Shown here: positions 44,801 through 58,319 of the stretch, piece by piece
Numbering within the stretch: the stretch's first letter is position 1
How the letters are laid out: each line of letters starts with the position of its first letter
DNA from: Trichoplax adhaerens
Lineage: Eukaryota; Animalia; Placozoa
Direction of reading: 5' to 3'
Assembly (NCBI RefSeq): GCF_000150275.1
Contig: NW_002060946.1
Coordinates: 6,739,855-6,803,854 of the forward strand
Length of the DNA stretch: 64,000 nt
The notes under the pieces: model-generated
What the model was told of the DNA's origin: nothing
Database searches by the model: none
Seen by the model: the letters and a program-made list of their open reading frames with translations, nothing else
Position numbers and translations under genes: made by a program

Positions 44801-47800
44801 GCATTAAACCAATGTGATTCATGTTATGGAGGCTATTATTGTAATATACCAGGCCTAACTAGTCCTTCTGGTAAATGTAGTCCAGGTTATTACTGTGTAT
44901 CTAATGCGAATGAAAGTGCTCCCTCGTCTATTTCTTCAACCGGTGGCCCATGTCCAGCTGGTTATCACTGTCCTGAAGGTTCAACGCTACCGTTATCTTG
45001 CAACGGTGGAACGTATAGTCCAACGATAGCTCAAAGCAGTTGTCAGAACTGCCTAGCCGGTTATTACTGTCCAGTAAATGCCACTGCTAAAATCGTATGT
45101 CCTTTGGGACACTACTGTCCAGCTTTTTCAATTGAAGCTCAGCCGTGTCCTGTTGGATATTATTCGCCTGTTCAATACGCTAACAGCAGCCAAGATTGTG
45201 TACCATGCGGACCTGGTCAGTATTGTAATGATACTGGGCTAGCTGCACCGACAGGTTTATGTGCTCCTGGCTATTATTGCTCTGGAGGATCTCCAACCAA
45301 TAAGCCTGCGCCTGCAAACAATATCACTCACGAAGGCTCATGCATGTGTCCTGCTCAGGTTGTAGGTGGACGTTGCGTTGCTGGTAATTACTGTCCTCAA
45401 GGTAGTGATCGACCGTTGCCTTGCGATCCTGGATTTTATTGCGCGTACGATGGTCTTTCAAGTGTTAGTGGATCTTGTACTGCTGGTTATTACTGTAATG
45501 GAAGTACAATCGAAGATCGTCCCGTTAACAAAGTATACGGAAGTCATTGCCCATCTGGTCATTATTGCCCTCAACAAAGTTCCTCGCCAACACCTTGTAA
45601 CCCAGGCTATTACTCACCTAACACGCATAATCAAAATGCAAGTAATTGCTTACTGTGTACAGCTGGTTACTACTGTTCAGGTTATGGACAATCTCAAACT
45701 ACAGACCAATGTGATGTTGGCTACTATTGTCCAGAAGGTGAATCTGTTAGTCAACCTCCTGGCAAACATTGTTTACCAGGTCATAAATGCCCAAAAGGAA
45801 GTGCTAACCAGACACCATGTCCTTCCGGTTCATATCAAGCCTTCGCCGGTCAAGGTAACTGCACTGTTTGTCCTGATGGATATTATTGCGATGCTACAGT
45901 TGCTGTGCTTGAAAAGCAGAGCGGTCCTTCCAGTTTAACGCATGGAGTTGTCACGCCAGCTATTTGCCCTGTTGGTTATTATTGTCCGGAGGGAACAAAG
46001 TCTAGTTATGAAAATGCTTGTCCAGCTGGCACTTACAGTAATAAAACAAGTATTAAAACTAAGCACGAATGCCTGTCGTGTACTCCTGGATACTATTGTG
46101 CTGGTACAGCCAATACAGAACCAGACGGTAAATGCTATGCCGGTTATTATTGTGCCATGAATGCAACTTCACCGTCACCAACAGAAGGACTCACTGGTGA
46201 TATTTGCCCACAAGGTTCATACTGTCCGTTAGGATCTTCTTGGCCTACACCATGTCCTAGTGGTACCTATGGTGCTAGTCTAGGTTTAACCCAAGTTACC
46301 CAATGTACAGATTGTCCACCAGGAATGGCCTGTCAAACGCCAGGACTCATACAACCATCTAGTTCTTGTCAATCAGGATACTACTGTATACTAAAAGCAA
46401 TTTTACCAAACCCACTTGGCGAATCCTACGGTAGTATTTGCCCACCTGGAGCTTATTGTCCAATAAATAGCAGTGCGCCAACATTATGTCCACCGGGTAC
46501 ATATCAACCACTACAGATGCAACCTGCCTTGTCTAATTGCTTAAGTTGCGATCCAGGTTACTACTGCCAAGGATATGGAAATATTAACATGACAGATAAG
46601 TGTAGTGAAGGGCACTATTGTGATGGCAATGCATCAGTTGCTGCACCACCGGATAAAGTATGTCCGATTGGTACGTTCTGCAAGTTAGGATCTCCAATTT
46701 TCCAACATTGTCCAAACGGAACCTATATGAACTATACTGGAGCTTCATCATGTATCACTTGCCCGGCTGGATCCTATTGCGTCAGCCGAGATCGACCTGA
46801 TCCATGTCCACTCGGATATTATTGCCCAACTGGAACAGGAGCAGATTTTAAGCCTTGTCCTCCAGGTACATTTGGTGCCAAGACTGGTTTGACTGCTGTA
46901 TCTGAATGTGCCCAATGCCCTGCGGGAAAATACTGCTTACACGCTGGCGCCACCAATTACACGGGTGATTGTGCAGCTGGCTACTATTGCACATCAGGTG
47001 TCAATATGTTCGTTCCAAGTGGTGCTCATACTGGTATAGCTGGTGAATGTCCGGTAGGTCATTTTTGCCCGATAGGCTCTGCAAAGCCGTTGGGTTGCAG
47101 TGCTGGTACATATAACAGTTTGAAGAATCAAGCGCAGTGCCTCACATGTCCGTCTGGTTATTATTGTCCTGAAAATTCGACAAGTCATACAGATTATCCG
47201 TGCCCCGCTGGAAGATATTGTCCAGCAGGTACGACAGACCCAAATCAATATTTATGTCCTAGAGGTTCATACAATCCATATGCAGGCAAGAATAGCATTA
47301 GTGATTGCTTAATGTGCCCTCCCGGTAAATACTGTGAACAAGATGGTCTATCACAACCAACTGGAAATTGTAGTGCTGGCTATTATTGTAATGGATGGTC
47401 GTACCAATCTACGCCAATTCAATATTCTAACGCAACAGATATTTCACAATGTTCTTGTCCAACCACAAATTACACCGGAGGAAGATGTTGGCCTGGTACG
47501 TATTGCCCTGAAGGTAGTGGATATCCTAAAGCTTGTGATCCAGGTTTTTACTGTTTTAGTGCTGGATTAGGTACACCAACTGGCCCTTGTGATGCTGGTT
47601 ATCATTGTAGTGGTGGTAGTACAATATCGAATCCTGTTGTGTGCCCGAAAGGATTCTATTGTGAGCAAGGTACGGGTGCCCCTATAGCTTGTCCAGCGGG
47701 ATATTTCAGTAATACCACTGGAAATACTGCAGCAGCGGATTGTGAATTGTGTCTACCAGGACAATATTGCAGCGGCGTCAGTGCAGTTTTACCGTCAGGA

Positions 47801-50800
47801 AATTGTAGCGCGGGATATTACTGCCCTGGTGGTCAAAATACATCTAAACCAGTTGACTATGTATGCGGTGAAGGCTACTATTGTCCGGAAGGATCAAGCA
47901 CACAATTAGCATGTTTACCAGGTTCTTACCAAGATGAAGTTGGGCAAGGAACTTGTAAGTCCTGTCCTGCTGGTTACTTTTGCGATGCTGATGAAGTACA
48001 AGCACAATGCTCGGGATCTAGTCACGGCGTTAAAGTTCCTACTATTTGCCCACTCGGCTATTATTGCTTGCCAGGTACATCTAGAAATATCTCTAATCCA
48101 TGTCCTGCTGGAACTTTTGGAGCAATTACTGGGGCTAAATCAACTGGTGATTGCCATTCCTGCCCAGCCGGTAAATTCTGTAATGGTGATGCTCTAACTA
48201 CTCCATCGGGTGACTGTGATGCAGGCTATTACTGTGCAAGCGGAGCAAATAGTTCGAAACCAATTATTGCATCAGGACTGCCGGAATACAATGATACAAC
48301 AACATTAGCTACAGTATATTATAATGATCTCTGTCCAATAGGCTATTATTGTCCAGCAGGTACTATCATTCCTATACCATGTCCAGCTGGTACATTCTCT
48401 GCTGTGAAACGTCTCAAGGCTAAAGAAGAGTGTTCGCCATGTCCAGCTGGACAATACTGCAAAGCGCCAGGTTTGATTGACGTTACTACTGCTCCTAATT
48501 GTAATGCAGGATATATCTGTTCTGGTAATTCTGTAACTGGTACACCTACTTCAAATAATGGAGGATACGAATGTCCTCGTGGTTATTATTGTCCGTCTGG
48601 TGCGGTACGACCTCAAAGTTGTCCACCGGGTACATATCAAAGCAGCCCAGGAAACGATACATGTATCCCATGTCCTGCTTCTTATCAGTGCGATCAAGAA
48701 AATGTAACTGATCCTATAAAATGTATTAAAGGTCACTACTGCCCAGCAGGTGTTGCAACACCAATAGCATGTCCTAATGGAACGTTCCGTAATCAAGATG
48801 GTGCAGCTAGTGTTAGTGATTGCCAACCGTGTTCTACGGGAAAATTCTGTTCTGGAACCGGAAATATCGTTGAAAGTGGGGATTGCGACGCTGGCTTTTA
48901 CTGTGTGGAAGGAGCTAGTTCGCCTGTGCCTGAAAGTGATGTAAAGAATAATGGCCCATGTCCAGCTGGTAAATATTGCTCAGTAGGAACGACTTCGCCT
49001 ACACCTTGTCCTCCTGGCCGATATAGAAATACAACTGGTGCAGCAGATGTGGATGATTGCTATGGTTGTGAACCAGGATATTATTGTGCTACCCCTGGAT
49101 TGACCACTCCAACAGGTCAATGCGATGCTGGGTACTACTGTCCTCCGTTATATAATGCTACTATTCCTACTCCACCTGATAGGGTATGTCCAATTGGTTC
49201 CTTCTGTGTTAAAGGATCAGCCTTACCTACAACTTGTGCAGGTGGATCCTATCAGCCCGTAGCCGGAAAAGGCTACTGTGATCTATGTAAAGAAGGTTAC
49301 TATTGCGCCTCTGGTCTAGGCTCTGAAGCGGCTTGCCCTCCTCATAATTATTGTCCAGCTGGTTCACAATATCCAACTCTATGTCCAAATGGTACATATA
49401 CAGATTCTACTACAACATTATTAACATCAGTGTCTGGATGTAAACCATGTCCAACTGGTAAATTCTGTAGAATCGGTAGAATTACAGCATCCTGTAGTGC
49501 TGGCTATTATTGCTTAAGTGGTAGCCCAGTACCTGCACCGGAAGATTATAACACAACTGATTCAAACTTTTGCACAAGTGATATTAAGGCAGGCCCATGT
49601 TCAGCGGGCCAGTACTGCGAAGAGGGTACAATAGTTGAAAAGCCATGTCCAGAGAATACTATCAGAACGATACCTGGTGGTTCAACCGTAGCTGATTGTT
49701 TAGCTTGTCCAATCGGTAAGAAATGTTATGCGGGTAATCCAATACCTGATGATTGTCCTACTGGCAATTATTGTCCTGGTGGTGCCCCAGTAAAATGTCC
49801 TTATGGTACATATCGAAATACAGTTGGAGGAGCATCAGCAGCTGACTGTTTCCCGTGTCCTGCCGGTGCTCATTGTAATGATACCGGTATCAGCGATTAT
49901 AACAAAGTTCCCTGCCCACCTGGCTTCTACTGTCCCAATGGCACATACCTTGTCAGTTGTGGTGCAGGCTTCATGAGACCAAATTCTGGAGCTGCTAGAA
50001 AAGAAGATTGTGTGGTATGCTTAGAAGGTTACTATTGCCCTGATAATAGAACAAATGTATATGGTATTCCTTGTGATGCAGGATTTAATTGCCCTCTCGG
50101 TTCTGTTGGTCCAACTCCATGTGAGCCTGGAACTTATTGTCCTGGTCAATCTAATGCAGCCATTGTTTGTCCAGCTGGTTACTACTGCCCTGCTGGATCT
50201 GCAGATTATAAAACAAGGCCATGCAATTTCCGTTATTTCTGCCCTGAAGGCAGCGCAGCTCCTCTAACTTGTGATTTAGGATACCAAGCATTAAACACTT
50301 CTGGATTAAGAATTGATAATGACACTACTTGTGAAATTTGCCCAGCTGGTTATTACAATAATGCTCCAGGAGCACAAGATTGTCTGCTATGTCCTGGTGG
50401 CTATTATTGTCCTCAAGGTTCTACCAATGGATATAGGAATCCATGTGTTGCCGGTACATATTGTCCTGCTGGATCAAGTGCGGCTACACTGTGTCCAATT
50501 GGTACATATGGTAACTTCACTAAGGCTAGCAACGATACGGATTGTTTCCCATGCCAACAGAATACATTCAACAATCTACTAGGACAAACGGCATGTAGAC
50601 CATGCGGCCGAAGTGCTACTGCTTTAAACACTGGTTCTATCACGTGTTCATGTATTGGTAGTTTCAGAAGTTTCCAACCAACAACCGGATTGTGTGTATG
50701 TGAAGATGGTTATGTCTTCTATGATGCTAATGGTAACAAACAATCTAATGTAGACAGTGACAAATCTTGCCAGGAAGATGTAGTTCAAGAATGTACTGCG

Positions 50801-53800
50801 AATCAAGTTCGTTTAGCTAGTACTAAACAATGTGTTCCTAGCACAGGATATGATTGTGGTCCTAGTTGTCCTAACAGTAATGGTACATTGGACGCTGAAT
50901 TAGGTGTTTGCCAGTGTAATAGTTATACAGAACCATCAGAAATTTGTTCGCAAGCATGTGAAGCACAAAGTCCTACCACCCAAATTGTCACTACAAATGG
51001 TCAGACGCAAATTCTTGTTAAGAACAAACAAACTAATAACGTTGAACAGACCGTGTCAGTTCCTAATCTATTTGGTCTAAATCAGAATCTTAATGAAGCA
51101 GCTCAGGTTCATTTTGTTGATGTTAGTGCACAAAGTATGAGTGGCTTAATTGTTACACAAAATAATCAGGTACCAGATATTGTCGGTTCACAACCTAGTG
51201 CTAAACGTCGTCGATTGTTAGCTACATCCTCAGCGCCAGGAATAAGTAATCCAATCATGTGTATTAAAACTAACGAAGTTATCTTGTTCAAGATAGCTTT
51301 AAATCAAGCCAATAGATCACTAAGTCATTATCCTCAGTATCAGAAAGAGCACGTTTTCAACACCAATACTAAATTTGATTATGGCCCATTCACTGACTTG
51401 GAATACTACGTTTTAAATACCAACATTACAATTAGAAATTTTGCTTATATGTTTACTCAAAAAGGTGTTTATGTCTTCGTCGATGCACAATCGTCATCAT
51501 CGCAATTAATTGTAAGAACTATTGCCACTGGTGAAAATTGTGGCTCAACCGGCTCAACGGTTGTACCATCATCTCCAACTCAAATAAATAGGCAAGGTAT
51601 TGGCGAAAAGAAGGCATTAAATGTTGCACCAAATTGGCCTTTAATATTTGGTCTATTAGGTTTAATAGGTGCTTTAGTGTTACTACTAGTTATTGTTGTT
51701 ATTGCTTGGAAACCGAAAGAAGCTGGATTTTATTCTCGTAAGACACTTCGACCACGTTATAAGAATTTAGGAGCACCTATTCCACCAAACAATCCAGGTA
51801 CTCAAATCATGCCACGCCAAGAAGCTGTAACTAAAGAAGAATTCTTGTTAGGCCCGCGAGCTTTAGGAGAAGGGCTAGAGAATCAATTAGAAGAGGTTGC
51901 AGGGGGTGAAGCTGTTGTACCTAAAGCAATTGCCGCTAATGAATTCGAGTTAGAGAATTTCAGTGTTCGTACTTTATTTGACAAATTGGAAGATCAAAAT
52001 GTCCATTGTGCATCACAGTTACATCGTCATCAAGCTGATTTACGCGATTTCTACGAGAGGATGAATCAACAGAATGAAGCATTAAAGGGTATGGTATCTA
52101 ATCTTGATGTTAGTGTATTACAAAAGGCTGCAAATGCATCAACATCAGAGGATAATGCTGAAGGTGGTGCCGACGAATCTGCTAAGGTTAAGGGACCAAC
52201 ATTCAATATAGAAAATAAGCATTATACTCTAACTGGTGGTATAAATGCACGTGAACAGGACTTAATTTCAACATTACAAAAGCTATTAGACCATATCACA
52301 AATCCTCAGATTATACAAACAAACGCCGTTGTCCAACGATCAACGAGCCAGGATGCAGCGCAAGCTAATAACGTCATTTGGAAAATGCATGATCATACCG
52401 ATTTAATTAGGCGTCAAGCCGCTGAAAAGATACAATTAGAAAAAGATTTGCAAGCTGAAGAGCAGGAAGCTATTAAAGCATTAGTAATAGAACAAGAAAC
52501 AAAGCGGTCAGATACGATTAAACGTCTTAATGAGAAATTAGCTGCCCAAATATCACCGGATATGTCTGATGAAGAAGTACAACAGTTACTTGCTGCCCAT
52601 GAGAAAGAGGTAGAATCAATTACAGCGCAACTTGATGCAGAAAAGGATCGACAAAAGAATGATTTAAGAGAGCGATTAGCTAAAAGGCGTAAAGATAAAC
52701 AACGCGCATTAGCAGATGCTCATCGAGCACAAGCACGTAAAGCTGGACTGGACACTATTATCGAAGAAGAGTCAGAAGGTGACATTGAAGATGATATTAA
52801 AGCAAAAGAAGCTCAATACGATATGATTTTACAAGAAGAAAATCTGGAAGCTGCTAAAGAACTAAGTGAAAATTCTAATCAAACGATGGAAAATCTTGGT
52901 AAAACTATGAATAACAAGTTGGCGAAGAACTTGGAGTCCTTATCTCAAGGTGGTATTATAACACCAGAGGAAACTGAGGCATTGTTATGTGAGATGGAGA
53001 CTCAGCAAAAGAATATCAATGATGGTATCCAACATAGGCGCAATTTACAACGCGATGGTATGAAGAGACGATTAGAGGATCGTCGTAAGCGAAGATTAAA
53101 TAAACTAGCAGACAAACATGCTGAAGAAGTCGAAGAAGCTAAACACAACGGTGATAATATTGATAAATTGTTAGAAAGACAACGGCAAGAAGCTAATGCC
53201 CTGGAAGCACGATTAAAAGCTGAAGAAGCTGAAGAAGAACTTGAGATGAATAAAAAACTAAATGAAGAAGCTATCAATTCACTCAAACAAGCTAATAAAG
53301 ATATATTGGAACGTGTTGCTCGCTCTAAAGGGCTTGATGAAGAAATGCGAGATCGCTTAGTTGATGAATACCGTGATTACACGAAAGCATTAGAAGATGA
53401 ACAATCAGCTCAGCGTAGTGCGAAACAAGCAGACATTAAAGAGCGGCTTGTCAATAGGCGAATGAAAAGATTAGAAGCCGCGCAAAAGAATCTACAGGAG
53501 GAAAAAGTGAAAGATGTAGAGAAAGAACGTGATAAATTACTTGAAGAGGTAACTCCGACGTCAGGAAACAATGATGGGCAAATCTTAATTCCTGAAGTTG
53601 CTGTCGTAGCTCAATCCTCCGAAGAGACTGCCTTGAAACAAGAGCAAGAACGAGTTCTCGAAGATTTACGAATGCGACAAAAAGATGATCTTGAAAGTTT
53701 CACACAACGTATTGAGCGCGATTCAAAGGAAGATGAAAGTAAACTTGCACAAAAATTAGAAAATAGTAAGCAAAAGAAAGTACGCGAAATGAAGAACAAA

Positions 53801-56800
53801 CAAGCTGCTGAACTTGCCGCTCGCGGTAATAGTATGTCGACTGATGAAACAGCAGCATTAATGGCATCACATCAACGTGAGTTAGCTGAATTAGAGAATA
53901 AACTTGATCAGGATAAGCACCGTCAAAAACTAGCATTAAAAGAGAAATTACGTAAAAGGAAAAAGAATAAGCAACAAGAATTTGTTGATAAACAGGAACA
54001 AGAATTGGAAAAAGAGACGCTTGAACAAGAGAAAGAACTTTCTGAAGTTCGCAAAAAGAACGTTAAGGAGGCTGAAAAACAGGCCATGATCGCTGGTATA
54101 CAACAAAACGGCGTCGAAGCTGGTGATTTAATCGTACGTAGAGTATTAGAACAACGTCACGCTGATGAAATGAAAGCCTTAGAGAAACAGTTTGAAGCCG
54201 AACGTAAAAAGAGCGTCGACGATGCGTTAACGGTATTATTAAAGAAACAGGCAGCAGAACGTGAAGCAATGTTAGCAAAACATCAGAGCGAATTGGAAGA
54301 TCTTGAAAACTCTGATTTAGCACCAGATGAATTAGAACAGCAGAAATCGAACTTATTAAATAAACAGCAATTAGAGTTGAGCAAATTGGAGCAAAAGCAT
54401 GAAGATCAACGTAAACGATTAGAACGTAGTACATTAACTGATTTAGAAGTCAAGTTTGCCAATGAAAAACTGAAATTGAAAGAACAACAGTATAAGGAAT
54501 ATGCTGACGCATTAAGTCAGTTAACACCAGAACAAGATGCTGCTGTTAAAGTTGAAAAGGCCAAAGTAGCTGCACAAGATTTAGATAATTTGCGGAAAAA
54601 ACTGGAAGTACAACGTCAAGAACAAGAAGAAAAATTGAAGCAAGAACGTAATGCGTTTGAGACTCAGGCAGAAGATGATCTTGCTAAAGCAATTAAAGAC
54701 TTCGATAAACAATTAGAGAAAGAAATGGACTTACAGAAACAAAAGTTAAAGCAAGATATTGAAGAATTGGACGCTCGGAAAACTAAAGCAATAGAGGAAA
54801 AGAAAGAACAAGCTAAACAAGAATTGGAAGCGAAGCAGAAATCTGGTAGTAGTAAGGAAGAATTGCAGCGCTTAACTGATCAACATGAAAAAGATTTACT
54901 AGCGTTACAAAACAAATTGGATGCTGACCGTATGCGCATGGAAAGTAGTTTGCAAGAGAAGTTACGTAAGCGCAAAGAAGCTGCTCGCAAAAAGAAGGTT
55001 CAAGACGTTGAAGCCGCATTAGATGAAAGTAAGAGAGAGCACGAAGAAGAATTGCATAAACAAGAAGAAGAAATTAAGAAGGCGGAAGTAGAAGCGTTGT
55101 CAGAGGTATTACACAAAGCTGCTAAGGAGAATGAATCATTGCAACAAACAATTCCAGGACAGACGACGTCTCAAGCACAGTTATCATCAGTCATATCAGG
55201 CCAGCAAGCATTGTCTACAGCTATGCCCGCATCATTCCAAATGGCAGCCCCACTGTTAGATAACGAGTTGAGTAATCTTTTAGTAGGGTCACCACTATAC
55301 GCTAAATTAGATGAAATACGCAGCCTTATACGTGAAGGTCCAAAATCAGATAACGAGGCAAATAATGACAGTGGCTACATTGATCCTAAAGATGCTACGT
55401 GGATTAATGATACAGCTTTGATCCCTCTAGACATTCAGAAATTAAACTCTCGCCTGTTTATTGTCTACAAATTTGGACAATTTATTTCCGATTTGCTTTC
55501 AATAGAATGCCAGCATCCAACAGTCACCCTGTTAATTGCTGAAAAGATTCCACCCAATAATCACTTACATCATAATGCTTATCGTAATTCTTTCTATTAT
55601 GATTCACATAATCGCTTCTTATACATCAGAGTTGAGCGATTAGAGAATGTTGGAGAATTTGTACTCGTTTTAACCCACATTTTATCCCATATTAAGTGTG
55701 GTGATATGATCAATGACAATAATCCAGGATTTGCTGCTAAATTTTATGCTGGTTTGTCAGTTTTGTGTGATGACCTCTTCTTCTCGCGCTACAAGACTTC
55801 AACAGCTGTAACTAGTCAAGATCGAAAAGGACTACATTTACTGCAAGTTTTATTTGGTAGTGCTTCGAACCATGCTGACAAAGTCAATGTTGTCGATAAT
55901 CTGTTAGATATGAAATTGAAACGAGGCAATGATGAAGCTGCGTTTTCTAAAGAACAATTGCGATCGCGATTATCACAATATTCAGATTTCACAGTTAGTT
56001 CTAAATTACATGAATACCTTGGCTCTATACATGATCGACTAAGTTTAGCCCGTGAACATGGTAAGTATTCTAATGTTGACTAAATAGCTATTGATGTAAT
56101 GTTACAAATTGTTTGTTAAAAGTATTGCATTGTTTTGGCTAGGTATCGAGGACTATGTCGATAAAAAACTGATGGAAATCAAAGCTATTGATAATTCTGA
56201 TACTACATATCATTCTCATGCTGTGACTGCAACACCGGCTACTGGTAAAAACATGATTAGACAATTGACTCGAACACAATCCAAATTGTCTTCAAATGGA
56301 CATATCGGACGAAATGCTGCTTATGAAATCTCTGGAGCTAAGACCCCACAAGTGGCACCTGCAGCTACTGATGCAGAATCATATCAGCGATTTATGCAGG
56401 TAACTAACCTATTCTTAAATTACTAAGTATTAATATTGTAGTCGCGGTATACCATGTTTAGAATTATCATTTTAAACGGTATTTTCTCATCAGATCAATA
56501 TACCATTTTCTTAAGTAAAGGCACCAGTACTGATTTGATCTGTTTATGAGACTTTTAATTAAAGTTACTCAAGCGTGTGCTACTATATCTATTATCCAAA
56601 TTAGATACAAATCAGCGATTTGGAAGAACGTATTGACAACGTATCGCAAGAGTTTAGTGATATAGCACGAGAAGTTATTGATACTTCTTCATTAATGACG
56701 TCATTGGAGGAAGAACGAAATGCTCAAATTGATTACTTGAAGACCATACCAGAGTCAAGCTCAGCTTATAAGAAAAAATCGAGAGAATTGAAGGATACCA

Positions 56801-56931
56801 CTGCTAAATTGGTCGATGCAAAATTGCGTTTACAAGCTGCATCGATTAAAAAGGAGCAACATCAAACTAAACTTGAAGAACTACAACAGCAATTAATGGA
56901 GAAAAATCAACAACTATCTAAGAAATCGTAA
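32850..56931 (+). CDS. Giant (>=7,800 aa) type I membrane protein: GCC2_GCC3/ephrin-receptor-like Cys-rich repeats, TM helix, long coiled coil; resembles the Gm9195/'CAST multi-domain' type family; N-terminal exon(s) not resolved
   Basis: Exons 32850-32937, 33098-37490, 37722-56060, 56143-56399 and 56605-56931 have canonical GT-AG sites and compatible phases, and join the ORFs at 33122, 38171, 56109 and 56620. Well over a hundred CPxGxYC / CxxCPxG motifs and many NxS/T sequons. Block HYPQYQKEHVFNTNTKFDYGPFTDL; TM WPLIFGLLGLIGALVLLLVIVVIAW at 51635-51709; E/K/Q/R-rich coiled coil ~52400-55130. Family name is from memory. Confidence 0.9.
33296..34170 (+). repeat. In-frame 291-bp (97-aa) tandem triplication in the giant gene
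   Basis: CCCAAG.GGTTATTACGCAGATAGTA recurs at 33301, 33592 and 33883. Copies are nearly identical at the nucleotide level, including synonymous sites. Confidence 0.95.
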
Positions 56932-58319
56932 ATATTAGTTGACTTTGTAGTTATTTCTTATTATAATATTTTAATTATTTGATTAAAGATGAATTAGCTT
57001 AGGACTATTGAACGATAGCTACTCATATGTAGCGATTTATTTCAACTAAATAGATCTAAAATTAGAAAGTCAACAGATAAATAGTTAAGCAAATACGTTT
57101 ATTAAAAATTTTCTATTACAAAGTACATTTATGATAGCACACCATGGACAACATGTACTATTTAGTGCATGGATTAAGATAGCCAACCATTAGGCATCTT
57201 GAGCGTATTTGCAATTTTTTAATGCTAGTTTTATTGAGTAGCTTTATTTATAACCATTTTTTCAACATTAATGCTGTTTGATACTACCAGTCTTGTATTC
57301 AACATTATTTTTGCAATATTAACTGGTGGTAATATTGCATTTACCAATAATCATTTGCAATTTTTTTAACCAACTGTTTTAGATATCGTTTTTTTAAGTG
57401 TACTAAAGTAGAATTAAGGTACCTTGTTTAGATCAAATGTTTGTCGTATATTAAAAGATTAGATACAATTTTTATAATTATTATGGTATTGCATTTAAAC
57501 TAGAAAAACATAATCTAGACGAAAAATGTCACTTACATTTGATGTATTATAGCATTAGTTGGCGTTTATCCAACTTTATTTTGTAATCCGACTTGGATAA
57601 GGTATATTACCATAATAGAAATGATGTTATTTTCCTTTTAGGATAATTTTTGTATTTTGTACGCAACATTCGTTTTTAATCATATCAATTAGCGTAGTAT
57701 AAGATAAAAAATGACACAAGTCTTGCTGAACTGGTGATGAAAATATCAATGATTCCGTTCGCAAATGCAATTGGAGAGTTTCTTTGCCCGGTCTATTTGT
57801 TATTACATTCTAGATCATTTTTCATGGGCATTCAATCAATATCGAGTAAACAACACTTATGAAATGAATTGGTCTTGCAATTGCAGCTAATATCATTGAT
57901 TTTAAAGATTTCAATCATTTTTCATATACATTAGATACAAATTATTTTTAACGGCATTCATTAATATCCAATAAAAAATTCTTACTTAATACTTAATGTA
58001 TCGAATTGGTTGACACTTCTTCTTGAATCATCAATTACAGTTTACTATTTCTTCCAAATTGGTAATAGAATTATAGCATGATGAATTAACTATTTATTGA
58101 TATCCAAATAGTTCTCAATAATCTTGAGATAGTATTAGGGCGAAAATATTGTAATCGATTTATGTTGATCATCAACTTAAATATTGGATATGTAAGAAGT
58201 ACCACCTAAGATGTTTGCAATAACTGAACACTGAGTTAGCTAGGTGACGAATTTCCAACACAAATACATTATAATTCTTTGATTTTACTGCAAAATAAAT
58301 GCGGTTTTAAATTTAGATT

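Noticed and set aside
33915-55019. Numerous 60-190-aa ORFs overlapping the giant CDS on both strands
   Set aside because: Shadow frames produced by the biased Cys/Pro/Gly and Glu/Lys codon content.
57130-58100. Hydrophobic plus-strand fragments suggestive of a GPCR pseudogene
   Set aside because: Needs many frameshifts, lacks convincing rhodopsin motifs, and AT-rich DNA gives hydrophobic translations by chance.
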